Of a stretch of 64,000 nucleotides of DNA, positions 44,741 to 59,292 are shown in pieces. The stretch covers positions 249,426,001 through 249,490,000 of the forward strand of contig OZ024742.1 in the NCBI GenBank assembly GCA_964016885.1, written 5' to 3'. The notes beneath the pieces are model-generated. The model was not told the DNA's origin. It ran no database searches and saw only the letters and a program-made list of their open reading frames with translations. Position numbers and translations under genes: made by a program. Positions within the stretch are counted from its first letter, which is position 1. Each line of letters begins with the position of its first letter. Origin of the DNA: Eledone cirrhosa. Taxonomy: Eukaryota.

Positions 44741-44875
44741 CTTCTTCTTCTTCTTCTTCTTCTTCTTCTTCTTCTTCTTCTTCTTCTTCATCTTCTTCGT
44801 CGTCGTCGTCTTCTTCTTCTTCTTCTTCTTCTTCTTCTTCTTCTTCTTCTTCTTCTTCTTCTTCTTCTTCTTCTA
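43270..44875. repeat. Trinucleotide simple-repeat block (AGT, GGT/GTT, CAC, CTT)
   Basis: Direct inspection; explains the poly-S/V/P/F/L ORFs. Confidence 0.9.
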
Positions 44876-45039
44876 ATTAGATAAATGAAAAAAATAATTA
44901 TAATTATTATTGACAAACAACTTGGCCGTCACGCTGTTCTGAGTTACCATAACGTTTCCCCTAATTTTGTAAATTTTCACCTGTTTTTTGTGTGTTTTTA
45001 GTTAAGTATTTGAACCTGGCACAAGCCTAGGGAGGTCTT

Positions 45040-46975
45040 CTCTCACGTATCTCATAGAGGGTGGTGGGGGCAGAGTCCTTAAGCATGGCTTCCAGCGGGT
45101 CCAGTCAGAAGCAACCGTTTCCAGTTGATCCGGCAGGATCCCCTACCGAGACCACCCGAGCTCATGGATGTAATCCAGCTGTCTTGTTCGGGGTCTACTC
45201 CTGGGTTGTCTACTCCTGTCGGTTGTTTTGCGCGTTAAATCTGATGGTTTCTTGAAACATGCTAAGCACGTGTCCGTAATATCAGAGCTGTGACCTCTCA
45301 ATTCGGAGAAGTAACGGCTCTACCTTTCTGAGTACCCCTATTTCAGCCGCTTGCATTCGCAATCGTATTATTTCGGGGATTACCTAAGATTTATGACTAT
45401 AGGCTGGAACGAATACCGATGTGAAGATAAAGCGGCTGGCTTTTATATCATCTTCTGATGACCGAATGATGAAGCTGGAGCATTAGTGCACCAGCTACTG
45501 CAATTCTTGCAATTAATTCAGCCCCTTGCCTTCTACCATTTGTGAACCCAACTCCGAATTACATGAACTACTCCATCTGCTTCAGTTGAACTCCTCTCAC
45601 AAATAGAGTGCACTGCACAGGGTTCCTTGAAAAGATAAATGACTCATCCTCCACAGCATGGGTTTTCAATCATGCCGCGCATGTCGGAGATCACTTTCTG
45701 ATGAATGAAGTAGTACTATGTCACCTACAACTTCCAGCCCACTGATTCGGCACCCGCCAGTCTTGATACCATTTCCCACATGGTTGCGCATGTCAATCCT
45801 GTCTATTAAAATAATGAAGGACCCAAAGAGATTTCAGTACACCACTTTGGTGGAGTCCGACTCCCACAATATATCGTTTCGACTTAGCACCATATATCCG
45901 AACACCAATTCGTATAGAAAACATCAACACAGCAAGAAGCTGTCCATCGTTCTCATATTCCTACAGAACCTTCACATGTACCGTGGAGCGTGGACATGTG
46001 CCTTTTCGAGATTTACGAAACAAACATATAAACCCTGTCAATGCTCCCACGATTTATCAAAGATCTGCCACAATGTGAATATTTGGTCGGCTGTTCTGTT
46101 TCCCGGATCCAAACAACACTGTTCGTCAGCTAGCCTGTTCTCGACAATATCCCTACAGCTCTTTGTAAGTCAATTATCGAGGAGCCCTAAAATGGAGATT
46201 TCTCTATAATTAGAGCAATCTCTCTTGTTTCCCTTTCTCAAAATAGAGAATACCTTCTCCATTTAAGGCTTTTACGATCTCGCGCCGAATTTCATCTTCC
46301 CCAACAGTCTTGTCTCATTTGAGATCTTTAATTGCTCCTGTGACCTCAGCCTAGTCATCACACTCAGATGAAACTCGTGTACATGAAACAGTGCTATTGT
46401 TACCAGGTTTAGGATATCAACAAAGTAATTGTTTTCCATCTGGCGAGGACCGACCTCTCTGATAACTCCAGACACATTCCTTATAGCAGGTGTAGAAGAA
46501 GACTTCGTATCACAAAATCGGCAGATGGTCTGCCTGAATACATTATTTGCTGATTTGATGTCAGATTCTAGTTTAATTCTAAAGTCTCCCGATGTATTTA
46601 CTTCAGACGCCTTTATAGTCTTTGCTACGACCTTTCACGGTTGCTTGTACCACAAGTGCAAAACGAAGGACGTATTTTCAAACCAAGCTTTGTTTACTCA
46701 GATAGCATATTTTACTACTTGATTGAACCAAGGAGGTATTCTGCTACGCAGCTCTCTAGCAAGCCACTTCAGCCGGCATAGTTTCAGAGCTGTACAAAAT
46801 CTGCCGAGCTTATACTCTCCACTTTGCTTCAAGGTCCTACGTTTGTGAGTTCTCTGAATTTGGATGCAATAGTAACCACAAACTTGTTACTGACTTCTTT
46901 ATCTGTCAACGCCTCCCCATTTTAGCCTATAGGTTCAGCCGAAACTGTAATTTATGTGAGTTTTCTTGACTTTAG
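45040..46975 (-). pseudogene. Degenerate RTE-clade LINE (RT region)
   Basis: Minus-strand motifs GNRTADQIF, FVNLEKAH (FVDLEKAYD-like), RMQAAE; many stop codons. Confidence 0.7.
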
Positions 46976-47454
46976 TTAGTCTCTAGTTGCACATAGATAG
47001 ATGGTGAAAAGTTGACATATCTTAACACGAACATCCACCACAGAATCGCAGAGATCAGAGTCAATAACAAAGCCAATTATTGATTGTCGTGGTGGGGGTG
47101 GTGGTGTTGGGGGTGATGGGGTTTGATGTGGTAGCAATTTTGATTGCGTTGTTGTTGTTGGTGGTGCTGGTATTGATGGTCGTTTTTGCAAACCTTTCAT
47201 GTTATGTTTTCCATTCTATTTATATATATTTACTCTTCTTTGCCTGGATAATATCTCTAGGATAAGAATTAATATCACAACATCCGAAAATATAGAAAAA
47301 CCAACCAAATTTAAGGAATTACAACGTATAAGAATTATTTTAACTATTCAAAATCACACAAAACTGTTAATTTCAATTTTCATTTATTATTTATTTATTG
47401 GTGTGGAAACTTTCAACGCACACTTTGCAACCTGGTCACTGACACCAAGAAAGA

Positions 47455-47645
47455 AATAATGGTTTCCAATTAAGGTACAATTTGAAGGAGGGAAAGAGTC
47501 GATTTATATCGTCCCCGTTAATTTATTGACCCTTGAAAGACAAAGTTGACCCCGGTGGGATTTGAACTCAGAACGTAAACAGCTAGACCAAATCCCGCAA
47601 AGCATGTATTCGGCAATTTAACGATTCTGCCAATCAGTCGCCCTT
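47455..47645 (-). mobile_element. OR-like SINE (diverged)
   Basis: aaagttgaccccggtgggatttgaactcagaacgtaa...aacgattctgccaatcagtcgccc. Confidence 0.75.
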
Positions 47646-48748
47646 CACCAAGAAATAAATAATAAATATACTATGTAGTTAACTGTTCTTCTCTTTGTGA
47701 ATGGTTGAAATGAATGTTCTACGTGCGATTTAATTAGTTTCAATACAGCTCCTTCTCCAAACAAAATTAACATGGTTGTAATTTACTAGCTGATCACGGG
47801 GAACATCCCATGGTTTAATTAGAGCTGCCACCAACATGGCATTTTGTTTTATTTATAAGTTATTTATCTGTTATATATTTATGGTGGTTGTCTGCTACTG
47901 GCAGAGCTTGTCATTTTCTTGTACCTATCATTACTCTTTCACTTGTGTGAGATCTTGAATGGCATTTATCCCTTCACGTGGATTGCAGGTTTTGTGACAA
48001 GCATGTCATTGAACTTGTCATCCGGAATGAAATTCCAATAATTCATGTGTGCCTTACGCTGGTGCAATCTCAGACCAGCATGAGATAGGCATACATTTGA
48101 GCATAAGGAGCATTTAAAGATAGAGTCACCCCCAACACTATTGTTATTAATCTCATTTTACGAAACTTTCTTTTCATTCCACAAAAATATAATCCTCCTG
48201 GATGTTAATATGTTCGGCACTGCAGGTACCAACACTCCCCCCCCCCACCGTCTCATCTCTCTATATCTGTCTCACTCTCTCACTCTCACTCTCCCTTTTC
48301 CTCTTTTACACACACAGACACACACACAGACACACACACACAGACACACACACACATACACCTACATTAATATTATCTTCTTTCCGTTAATACGCGCAAC
48401 TGGAGAAAATGCAAGTAGAGAATAAATACTTTGTAACGTGAACTAGCGCGAAATTTATTATACTTATTCACCAACCAATCAAATTACTTCTCTAAAAACC
48501 TAGCATTTCGAGCCACTTTTTACCATATAAAACATAAGTAACATTCAAAGACCAACCAGATGTGAGAAAAACCACAGACCCTCCATCTCAATTCTACTTT
48601 TGAAAAGCAGAAGAACTGCGACACCGGTAAAGGAACCAAATAAATATATATTTAAAAAAAAAAAAGACGCCAGTTGCATATTCGATTTCATCGTTTTTCC
48701 TTATACTTTAACTCGTGTTTTTTTTTTCATTTTGTAAAAAAACCTCAC

Positions 48749-48780
<32 letters not shown>

Positions 48781-48986
48781 TTCGTTTCTGAATTTGTTTA
48801 GCAAGATTCTTTATCTGAAATCGTGTGTTGAAACCGATATTGTTATACTTTGGGAGGGTCATGTTGCCAATAAGAAACACACGCACCAGTTGCTTTCACT
48901 TCAATTTATTATATATTTATAAATTTATAAATTTATAAATTTCTGGTTGGTTGGTTAGTTCCACAACCAGATAGTTGTTTATATAT

Positions 48987-49031
48987 AGTCATAGTTCTTT
49001 CGTCACACACTATGTGACCTCTTCAGTGACT
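48987..49031 (-). ncRNA. Minimal hammerhead ribozyme
   Basis: Reverse complement: agtca CTGAAGA ggtcaca tagtg tgtgac GAAAG aa CTA tgact. Confidence 0.75.
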
Positions 49032-49305
49032 GGGGATTCCTTTCTTTGTTTCTGTGCCTCTCCTTTGTTCTGTCCTACGCCATTTTGTTTCTGTGTGTGT
49101 GTTGTGTGCCCAGTCTGCGCATGCGCCACATCCGGGTGTCTGTGTGTGTTTATGTTCATTTATTTATTTGTTTATTTACATGTTACTGGTTGGTTGTTTG
49201 TTCTATGTGTGTGTGTTTTTTCATTTTGTCCTTAATTGTAAGTTGTGATGTTGCTGTTCCACTCATATTTTCTATTTAATTTTGGTTGTAAGAAAGGAAT
49301 CCCCA

Positions 49306-49348
49306 CTCACTGAAGAGGTCACAGAGTATGTGACGAAAGAACTATGAC
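49306..49348 (+). ncRNA. Minimal hammerhead ribozyme
   Basis: tca CTGAAGA ggtcaca gagta tgtgac GAAAG aa CTA tga. Confidence 0.75.
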
Positions 49349-49501
49349 TATATATAAACAACTATCTGGTTGTGGAACCAACCAACAAACCAGAAATTTA
49401 TAAATTTATAAATTTATAAATATATAATGAATTGAAGTGAACGCAACTGGTGCGTGTGTTTCTTATTGGCAACATGACCCTCCCAAAGTATAACAATATA
49501 T

Positions 49502-49577
<76 letters not shown>

Positions 49578-49820
49578 ATTTATTTATTTATTTAATTTTG
49601 TCTTCTCTGCGCATGCGTTTGTGGCGTGTGTGTATAGTGTTTGATGTGTATTCGTGTTTGGGTGACTGTGTTTTGGTTATTGTATTCTATCTTAGGTTAC
49701 TAGTGTGTGTTTATATGTGTTTGTTGTTATTGTGCTTGTGTATGTATTTATTTATTTATTTAATATTTCTCTTAGGTCAGTGTTGTTTGTTTTGGTGTTG
49801 TTGTTATTCCATTCTTTCAA

Positions 49821-50070
49821 CTAATCTGCTGAGTCATTTCTATGTTTAGATATTATTTTATTTTCTATGTTGTCTATGTTACCGTCGTGTTGTCGTCTGG
49901 CGTGTTCGTATAGTACTGAACCGTTTTTTCGTCCTTTTAGTTCCCCCCAGTGTTGGTCTATCCTTTCACCTATGCTACGAGCTGTCTCACCTATATATGT
50001 TGTTGTCATGTTTCTGCAAGTACCCTCTGTACATCTCATGCTATAGACTACGTTTCTAGTTTTACAGTTT
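49821..50070 (-). pseudogene. PLE GIY-YIG endonuclease fragment
   Basis: CKTRNVVYSMRCTEGTCRNMTTTYIGETARSIGERIDQH...LYEH...H. Confidence 0.8.
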
Positions 50071-50144
50071 ATCCGAGGGTTTACAATAAATAAACAGATT
50101 AAATAAAGATGGCGTAGACATACAATACAACAGGAGGAAACATA

Positions 50145-50198
50145 ATAGTACCACTGACGAGTTGCAGATGTGCAATGAAAGAACTTTGTTAGACTATA
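50145..50198 (+). ncRNA. Hammerhead motif in inverted terminal repeat upstream of the GIY-YIG fragment
   Basis: CTGACGA gttgca gatg tgcaat GAAAG aa CTT tg; stem I imperfect. Confidence 0.6.
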
Positions 50199-50642
50199 TA
50201 TATATGTTTGTGTCTATATTATATGTGCATTTTTGACCGTTGGTCAGTTAAGGGTAAACATTGAGGACCAAATAAATTAAATTAACTGAAATAAAAGATA
50301 CAGAAGCGAAAACCAAAGAAACAGTGAGTGTGTTCTGTTATTAATTCTGGCAATATTATTACAACAATATGACCCTCCCCAAGTATAATATATATATATA
50401 TATGTGTGTGTGTGTGTATGTACGTGTGTCTGTGTCTGCGCATGTGTGTGTAAACATGTATACATTGGGACATATGATCTCTGCTCGGTCAGGTGTGCTA
50501 TTTTTGTATATGAAAAGCAGGAAATCATAGAATAACAGAGTAACAGGGCGTTGTTCAAAATGGCTACCTCGGAATATATATATTTATACATATATACTCA
50601 CACACACACACACACGCACACACATATATATATATATTTATA

Positions 50643-50852
<210 letters not shown>

Positions 50853-51434
50853 ATTTATATATATATATAAACAGAGACAAAGAAACGGAAAGAAAGCAAT
50901 ATATAAATTGCTCAGATAAAAGGGCAGAGTAAAGCGATAATGTAGATGTTATGGAATGAAGAAGGAGAGAAAATAGAAAAACTAAAGATGAATGTCTCCC
51001 TTAGTAATAAAAGACCAAGGAAGAATCACCAAAAGCATGGCTAACGAAGAACTGCAAAAGGATATCTATACAAACAAGACATGCTGTTGTAGTCTTAAAA
51101 TTCCTCTTATTACTGTTTACTTTCGATCAATTTGCATAATTTTGATGTTTTCTCAAGAGTCTTAGCAATGTGATATAATATATACATGTCTGTGTGTGTA
51201 TATATATGTATATTTATACGTACATATATATATATATATATATATACACGTGTATACACATATACACATGTGTGTATATATATATACAAGTGTATATACA
51301 TATACACACACACACACCCACACCCACATATGCGTATATATATTATACATATACTTCTCTATATATAGAGAGAGACATACATATATATATATATATATAT
51401 AAATATATACAATGACGTATATATATGTATATAT

Positions 51435-51593
<159 letters not shown>

Positions 51594-51798
51594 TGTATAT
51601 ATTTCGTTATTTTAGCAACTTATTTTAGCAACTTATCGCATATAGAGATTCTTTCTTTGAAGTGTTATCAATATCTCTGACACAGTATTTCCTCATTCTA
51701 ACTAAAATTGCCCAAATTTCTTTTGCCTTTTCCTTATCTTTTTTTTAATTATATTCTATATTTTATTATGCCTTTCTTCCTATCGTTCCGTCTACTTT

Positions 51799-51895
<97 letters not shown>

Positions 51896-52261
51896 ATATA
51901 TATATACATATGTATATATATATATATATATGCGCGCGTGTGTGCGTGTGTGAGAGAGAGAGAGAGAGAGAGTGTGTCTTTATGCATATATCATTACCGT
52001 CAGTCTGTATTTCCGTCACTTATACCCCACTACTTACTTTTCTGTTTTGTACGTCACAGAAAATGTTCAATGAGATATTCGCTGTTTTATTTTAAAAGAG
52101 CCAGGGTTGCTCTCAGGAAATATGACACACTTTACTTCATATCTCCTTTTATTTCAAATACTTGGAGTACAACCCTCTCCTCTCATTTCTTCCGCTACAC
52201 CTCTCTTTCCTAATGAATATATTTATACACATATAAAAAAACACTCATGAATATATATATT

Positions 52262-52306
<45 letters not shown>

Positions 52307-52496
52307 CCCTTAACCCTTAATCTATCCCTCTCTCTGTCCCACACAATCTATTATCTCACCTCGTCTCCCTCTCGTCTTCCCTCTACATTCCACTCTCTGC
52401 ATCCCTTCCATATCTTTATGCTTATACAACACTCCATTAACGTATCATATACTCTTGTCGTCGATATGTGGCCCTAAATTATTATTCTATTCATGT

Positions 52497-52535
<39 letters not shown>

Positions 52536-52699
52536 ATGTATATTGTGTCATTGACTCTTCAGTTGCAGTTATTTATCTTATTTATAGTGAAAATATTTAC
52601 TTAAAGACTATTGCTTTCAACTGAGGTTAAATAATTTTAAGGGAAAATGGCGGAAGAATATTGTTGTTGATTAGGTTTGATGGATCAGTCCAATAGTGA

Positions 52700-52965
52700 A
52701 GGCTCATGGCATAGTGGCTTTTCACTTGCTTTCATTATGTCATGGGTTCGATTCATGGACTGGGTTGTGTGTTGTGTTCTTCAGCAAAAACATTTCATTT
52801 CACTAATATACGAAGTTGAAAATGAGTACCAGTAATAGCTAGGGGTAAAACGTGCAAGGGACTGGTGATCAGTTCAAGAAGAAGCCTGTTGCTTTCAGTC
52901 GCTTAAGACCAAGGAAACTGGGATAAGAATCGCCCTGATGAGCCTCCAGATTTGAGACAGACATT
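52700..52965 (+). mobile_element. Old tRNA-derived SINE, third family
   Basis: A/B-box-like tggcatagtgg and gggttcgattc; tail gaaactgggataag...ccctgatgagcct shared with 42180-42300. Confidence 0.6.
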
Positions 52966-53160
52966 TTAGTTTAGAGCTATTAAAAAGGTCTATGTTCAAA
53001 TCTTAAACAGTTCATCATACGTTTTAGGGGTCGTAATGCAAATTTCATGCCTGCATTATCCTACACGCACGTACACACACATGCCCATATGTATACATAT
53101 ATATATTATACATATATATGTATGTTTACGTATGTTTGTATATATATATGTGTGCGCGCC

Positions 53161-53239
<79 letters not shown>

Positions 53240-53475
53240 TGTGTATCATTTCTTTTCACACACTCAAAGAAATTGACCTTGTTCATAACTGGAGAGAAAG
53301 AGTTTACAACAGATTTCGATGCTTTAGACATGTCTAAAGCATCGAAATCAGTTGTAAAATCTTTTGAATTGACCAATAGAAATAAGTTAGAGAAACAAGT
53401 TGATAGAATAACGGTAGGAGAAATTAAATCTAGGAGTGGAAGAGTGCAGATTTATGCTTTGAATGAAAATAATAC

Positions 53476-53609
<134 letters not shown>

Positions 53610-53675
53610 TGTCTGTGTGTGTGTGTGTGTTTATGTATATATGTGTGTCTGTGTGTGTATTTATATATATATATA

Positions 53676-54485
53676 TAATGAAAATAAAAGTTACAGGCGA
53701 AAGAGGGAAATATCCATCGTCAGTTGTCTGCTAGGAATCATAGTTATTTCTTCGCGTTAGAGACAAGATACCTCAACCTAGGGCGAATAATAACTAAAAT
53801 AAATTATTGGGATAAAAAAGGGGCGAGAGAGAGAATAAAATGTAAACAGTGACGAAGGGTGAAGCAACGAAAAGAGAGGAAAATCAAGTCAACAACTAAT
53901 TTCGAACATAAGTTCTGGCGGGTTTGACGAGAAAAAAGACAAGTCTTCACTGTAGCAGTATCTTGTCTCTAACGCGAAGAAATACCTATGATTCCTAGCA
54001 GACAACTGACGATGGATATTTCCCTCTTTTGCCCGTAACATTTATTTTCATTATACTTAATTGCAGCCACACAGCTCCCCATTTTATTCACTTTGTTTCC
54101 TTCTCCGGCGTGACCTGTCTCGCTTCTCTCCCCTTGTTGCTATCCTCTTTCTCCCTCTTCTCTCTCCTTCTTCCTCTTCTGCTAGTCACCTTCTCTCGGC
54201 TAGCCTGCCACTATAACTATCTCTTTCTCGCTTCCACTTACTTTCACACACTCCGTCTCTGCTGGTCACCCTCACTCCGCTAGCTCACTTCCTCCCTTGT
54301 CCGCCCCTGTACGCAGTCTCTTCTGTCACTCACACTGCTACAGTCAAGACTTGTCTTTTTTTTTCTCGTCAAACTCACCAGAACTTATGTTCGAAATGAG
54401 TTGTTGACTTGATTTTTTCTCTCTTTTCGTTGCTTCACCCTTCGTCTCTCTCGCCCCTTTTTTATCCCAATAATTTATTTAAGTT
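53676..54485. repeat. Doubly inverted PLE-like 3' repeat
   Basis: 53676-53771 is antisense to 53958-54054; 53795-53955 is antisense to 54335-54485; half core CTGACGA at ~54006. Confidence 0.75.
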
Positions 54486-54507
54486 ATATATATTTATATA
54501 TATATGA

Positions 54508-55407
54508 GATTCTCGTGTAGCACCCATCCACCATCTGAGTGAGTTTCTTGGTCGGTGTTCAAGTCTCAGACCAGTACAGCAGCACAGACTCCACTACAGC
54601 AATGAAGAGGCGGATTTTCGGATATTTACGAAGGTCCGACTTCCATACCGATCTCAAGCTGTGGCACGCTGCCCAGGCTTTGCTCTTCCTCTCAACCACA
54701 TCATCTTCCGTATTCCCAATCTTTGCTCCCAAATACAGGAAGTCCTCAATTAATTCTAGCGGCTTCCCGCCTACATTAGTGATCCCCTCTGGCTTCTCAA
54801 CATTCTCTACCAGATATTTTGTTTTAGTCTCATTCATTCTGAGCCCCACACTCATCGATACAGTCTCAACCTCCTGCATCAAATCCTCTGCCTCCTTCAC
54901 TGTATTTGTCAACAAAACTATGTCGTTGGAAAATTCAGTATCCGATATCTTTTTCGCCTTAACTCTCCTGCTCTGAGCCGGTGCTACAGTAAAGCCAGAG
55001 TCCTGGTGTTTCTCCAGTGCAAGGCGCATACAATAGTCCACTACGATGATAGAAAGGTAGGGAGCCAATGTATCTTCCTGCTGAGGATGGCTCTGAACAT
55101 TAATCAGTATACACTGAGGATGAAAATCTCAGAGCTGTATGGGAGCCTCCCAAAGGTCAGCTCAAAAGTGACACATAGGAGACTGAGGTTAGCTGGACAT
55201 GCTCACTGACAGCCAAAGTTGACATTGCACTCGGTGCTCCTGTGAGAGCCCCTACATGGACACGCTGGAAGAGCAAGACCAAGGTTAACGTATGTTGATG
55301 CCCTAAGGACAGACACTGGTCTGTTGGAGACGCAGGACATGGCAGCGAGGGACAGAGACCGCTAGAGAGAACTGGTCCATGGATCTCGGGAATTTTACCC
55401 GCCCTAG
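54508..55407. mobile_element. RTE-type LINE with inverted 5' segment
   Basis: Minus 55068-54508 encodes RT APYLSIIVVDYCMR...FSNDIVLL...FLYLG...VDGCYTR; plus 55078-55407 continues LLRMALNI...RLRLAGH...EPLHG. Confidence 0.85.
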
Positions 55408-55856
55408 ATTATATGAGATGGATCATTGTAACCAATAACTGAACACTGATATAATACTCACTAACTAACTATTTGTGTTTGCTTAGTATTGCAATGTACA
55501 ACCAATCAACTGCACACTTGTTATCTCATTATTTGTGTGAGCTATAGCCGGCAGTCGCTAAAATATATCCGGTGACTATCATAAACTATGTAATTTTTAG
55601 TTCCATCAATGGAATAAATTTGCCTCCTGAACGTTTCTATACTTTTTTATATATTAATTATATATTGAATGTTGATTGTTCGATTTTATATTGCAAATCA
55701 GTGCACGCATATGATGAAGTCAATGAAAAAAATAACGCAGGAACGGACAGTCACATCTCTTCAGTCAACTTCAGGAAATCGCTAGCTTTGGTGATTAATC
55801 TTGATAATATTGAGGTGTATATTTTGCAATTCATATGACAATATTTAGAAATGTAA

Positions 55857-56047
55857 GGACAGTGGATTGGCAGTATCAGTAGAGAGTTGGGCACCATATT
55901 TTGCAGCAGAGAGTTACAGACCTTTATGATCTGAGTTCAAATCCCGCCCAGCTTAACTTTGCCTTTCCTCCTTTTGGGGTCGATAAAATAAAGTACCAGT
56001 AATGCCCTTGGTAATTGGTCGTCTTGTGCTAAAAATAGAAACAATAT
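55857..56047 (+). mobile_element. OR-like SINE with TSD
   Basis: acaatatttagaaatgta on both sides. Confidence 0.85.
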
Positions 56048-56433
56048 TTAGAAATGTATCAAAAGGAGGAATCTCCATATTTGACATGGAAGTTTTACGG
56101 AATCGCTCCGATATATTTTGTTTTGCGATGTATTTAATTTAATAAAAGATCAGCAACATTATAAAGCAAAGATGACATTTAAACAGATGCATGATTGAAA
56201 AAGCACGGCAGAGCATGTATGTATACACAGGAACATACACAGACACAAACTCACACGGATTCAGTAATAAACTGGTCAGTGTCTAACCAGTTTCTTACTC
56301 ACCACAGTACTCGATACTATGGGTAGTAGAGTATGATTATATGAACAGCTTGTTCCAGACTCAAACTCTGGAACAAGCTGTTGAACCGGAAAGTGCTCAG
56401 CCGTCGGGTCCTGACTCATTTATATAAATGCAC

Positions 56434-56513
<80 letters not shown>

Positions 56514-56533
56514 TTATATATATATAGAAAAAC

Positions 56534-56581
<48 letters not shown>

Positions 56582-56595
56582 TATATATGTGTGTG

Positions 56596-56626
<31 letters not shown>

Positions 56627-56759
56627 ATGTGTGTGTATGTGTGTGTGGATATATATATATATATATATATATAACCAGGAAGTGTAACTTGGAGTTGCTG
56701 TAGGTCACCCGGGTGAGCACTCGATATTCAGATTCACTTCGGTTTCGAAGGAGTAACCA

Positions 56760-57352
56760 ATCATCATAATCACCATCATCATCATTTTCCCTGCTTGCAA
56801 GGGTTGGGCGGGTCCTATTCAGCACAGCATCTCTCCACTTGTCACGGTACTTCGTCATCTCCTCGGTGAGTTTCAGCGATATGCGTCTGCTCTCACCACC
56901 TCCGCCCATGTTTTCGTGGTCTACCTCTACTGCGTTTCTTTCTCCTGGGATTTTTTGGCACTTCTTTACCCAGCGGTCAGCATCCATGCGCATTACTTGT
57001 CCATACCATCTCAGCCCTCTCCCCTGCACACCACAACTTATCTCTCTTATACCCAGTTTCTTTCTCAACTCGTCTATGCTTGGTCTTTCACGCACATTGA
57101 CATTGCACATCCAACGGAGCATACTTGCTTCATTTCTCTCCACCCATCGCATATCCACTGCAGTTGATGCCCATGTCTGACTACCATGCAACATCACGCA
57201 TCTCACACAGGCATCATATAACCGTCCTTTCATACGCAGGGAGAAACCCTTCTTTGTCAACAGAGGAAGCAGCTCCCTAAACTTCTTCCAACACGTCCTT
57301 ATTCTAGATACTATGGTCTCGGAACACCCCACTCCCATGCTAATCTGATCAC
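56760..57352 (-). pseudogene. RTE-clade LINE 3' part
   Basis: RIRTCWKKFRELLPLLTKKGFSLRMKGRLYDACVRCVMLHGSQTW...LRWYGQVMRM; (GAT)n-like tail. Confidence 0.85.
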
Positions 57353-57414
<62 letters not shown>

Positions 57415-57416
<2 letters not shown>

Positions 57417-58367
57417 AAAACATGTCTATAAAATCACAAGATAAAATATATACCATTTCCTCTCCCAATTAGCATAATTAACTATATAAAAAATCGAATA
57501 GACCAGGCTATAAGAATGAGGCTTCTATGAAGAAATCTCCAACAAATAACCGAAACTAGCTCTTCGCGTCGGCCGCAACGGAATATTTTTCGAATATTTC
57601 GACAGCATAATCGCCCAGATACAGTCAATTAAACAGAATTAGGTGTAAAATAAACTAGGAGAAAATAGAATACATTTAAATACCTCTACCATGGTTTCGT
57701 CCGCATTTTGAGATTTCCAATAATTATGTAATAATTATGTCACTCGAGCACCGGATTCATCAGGAAGTTTGCTCTGATCTAGACACTAAAATTTTCCAAA
57801 GTGATCGCGCCAAGAATTCATTCAAAATGGCTATGAATCGTAACGTAGTCGCGGTCAGGTTGGAAGAAGTGTGGTAGTTGCTTACGGCTGGTGGCTTTTT
57901 TGCTAGAAAGCACAGCACAATACAGCCAAATTTGTATCTCAACCTAATGGGAGATTATTACATATAAAAGTTTACATATATATATATACATATATATACA
58001 TATATATACATATACGTGTTTTGCAACGGGTCACATTGTGGCTCAATGAAAATTTAATAAATTAAATAATCAGAGCTATATATCATAAAACATGTCTATA
58101 AAATCACAAGATAAAATATTTCCTCTCCCAATTAGCATAATTAACTATATAAAAAATCGAATAGACCAGGCTATAAAAATGAGGCTTCTATGAAGAAATC
58201 TCCAACAAATAACCGAAACTAGCCCTTCGCGTCGGCCGCAACGGAATACTTTTCGAATATTTCGACAGCATAATCGCCCAGATACAGTCAATTAAACAGA
58301 ATTAGGTGTAAAATAAACTAGGAGAAAATAGAATACATTTAAATACCTCTACCATGGTTTCGTCCGC

Positions 58368-58369
<2 letters not shown>
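57415..58369 (-). repeat. Direct repeat (~290 bp, period 670 bp) carrying an HHR
   Basis: ataaaacatgtctataaaatcacaag at 57415 and 58085. Confidence 0.85.
57681..57768 (-). ncRNA. Hammerhead ribozyme with long stem II insertion
   Basis: Reverse complement: acttc CTGATGA atccg [~48 nt] cggac GAAAC catg GTA gaggt. Confidence 0.7.
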
Positions 58370-58439
<70 letters not shown>

Positions 58440-58639
58440 GAATAATCGAGTATCGAAAAATCGGCGCACGAGTTCACGATAAACAAAATTCGACATGAGT
58501 GGCAGAGGGCTCAATAATTCAGATAAATCAGAGCTATAACTATCGTTAAAATACCAACACACATAGATTATGTCTAAAATCAACCATACGACCGAAAAAT
58601 TACGATCAGGAAGATTCGGATCACTCAGATAAAATATCA

Positions 58640-58735
<96 letters not shown>

Positions 58736-59105
58736 ATACACACATGTATATATATACATGCATATATCATTGAGTTTATCAAATATTATTATTGTTTTCA
58801 GAAAGTAGAATGGCTAAATAAATGTGGTAGTATTTTAGGTCGCTTTACATTCTGCCAAGGTTAAATTTACATTACATGCCTCCAGGGAAGTCATAAATAA
58901 AATGATGTACCAATCAATTACTATTGAACCTAACCAACCCATTTCCTTTCTCTGGTAGCCATGAGATAAATTATTGTTGTTGTTATTATACCACTGTTTT
59001 CTCACCTGAGGTGTTGATGTACCGGATATATTGTATAATAGCCGACAACTAGCGTCCTTGTTATTAATATTATTTTTTACTATTATTATTAATACAAAAT
59101 TTAGA

Positions 59106-59292
59106 TTGGTGGATTGGCAGTATCGGTAGAGTCGGACACCATGCTTTGAAGCATAGAGTTACGTCCCTTTATACTCTGAGTTCAAATCCCGCCGAGGTTA
59201 ACTTTGCCTCTCATCCTTACGGGGTCGATAAAATAAAGTACCAGTAATACACTGGTAATTGCTGGCCTTGTGCCAAAAGTAGAAACAATTAT
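59106..59292 (+). mobile_element. OR-like SINE with TSD
   Basis: attattaatacaaaattta on both sides. Confidence 0.85.

Larger units (their letters stand above)
48838..49499. mobile_element. PLE family B terminal repeat with inverted duplicate
   Basis: 48838-49045 is reverse-complementary to 49291-49499. Confidence 0.85.

Noticed and set aside
43158-44884. Poly-Ser/Val/Pro/Phe/Leu ORFs resembling mucin or extensin
   Set aside because: Trinucleotide simple repeats with no supportable splice or domain context
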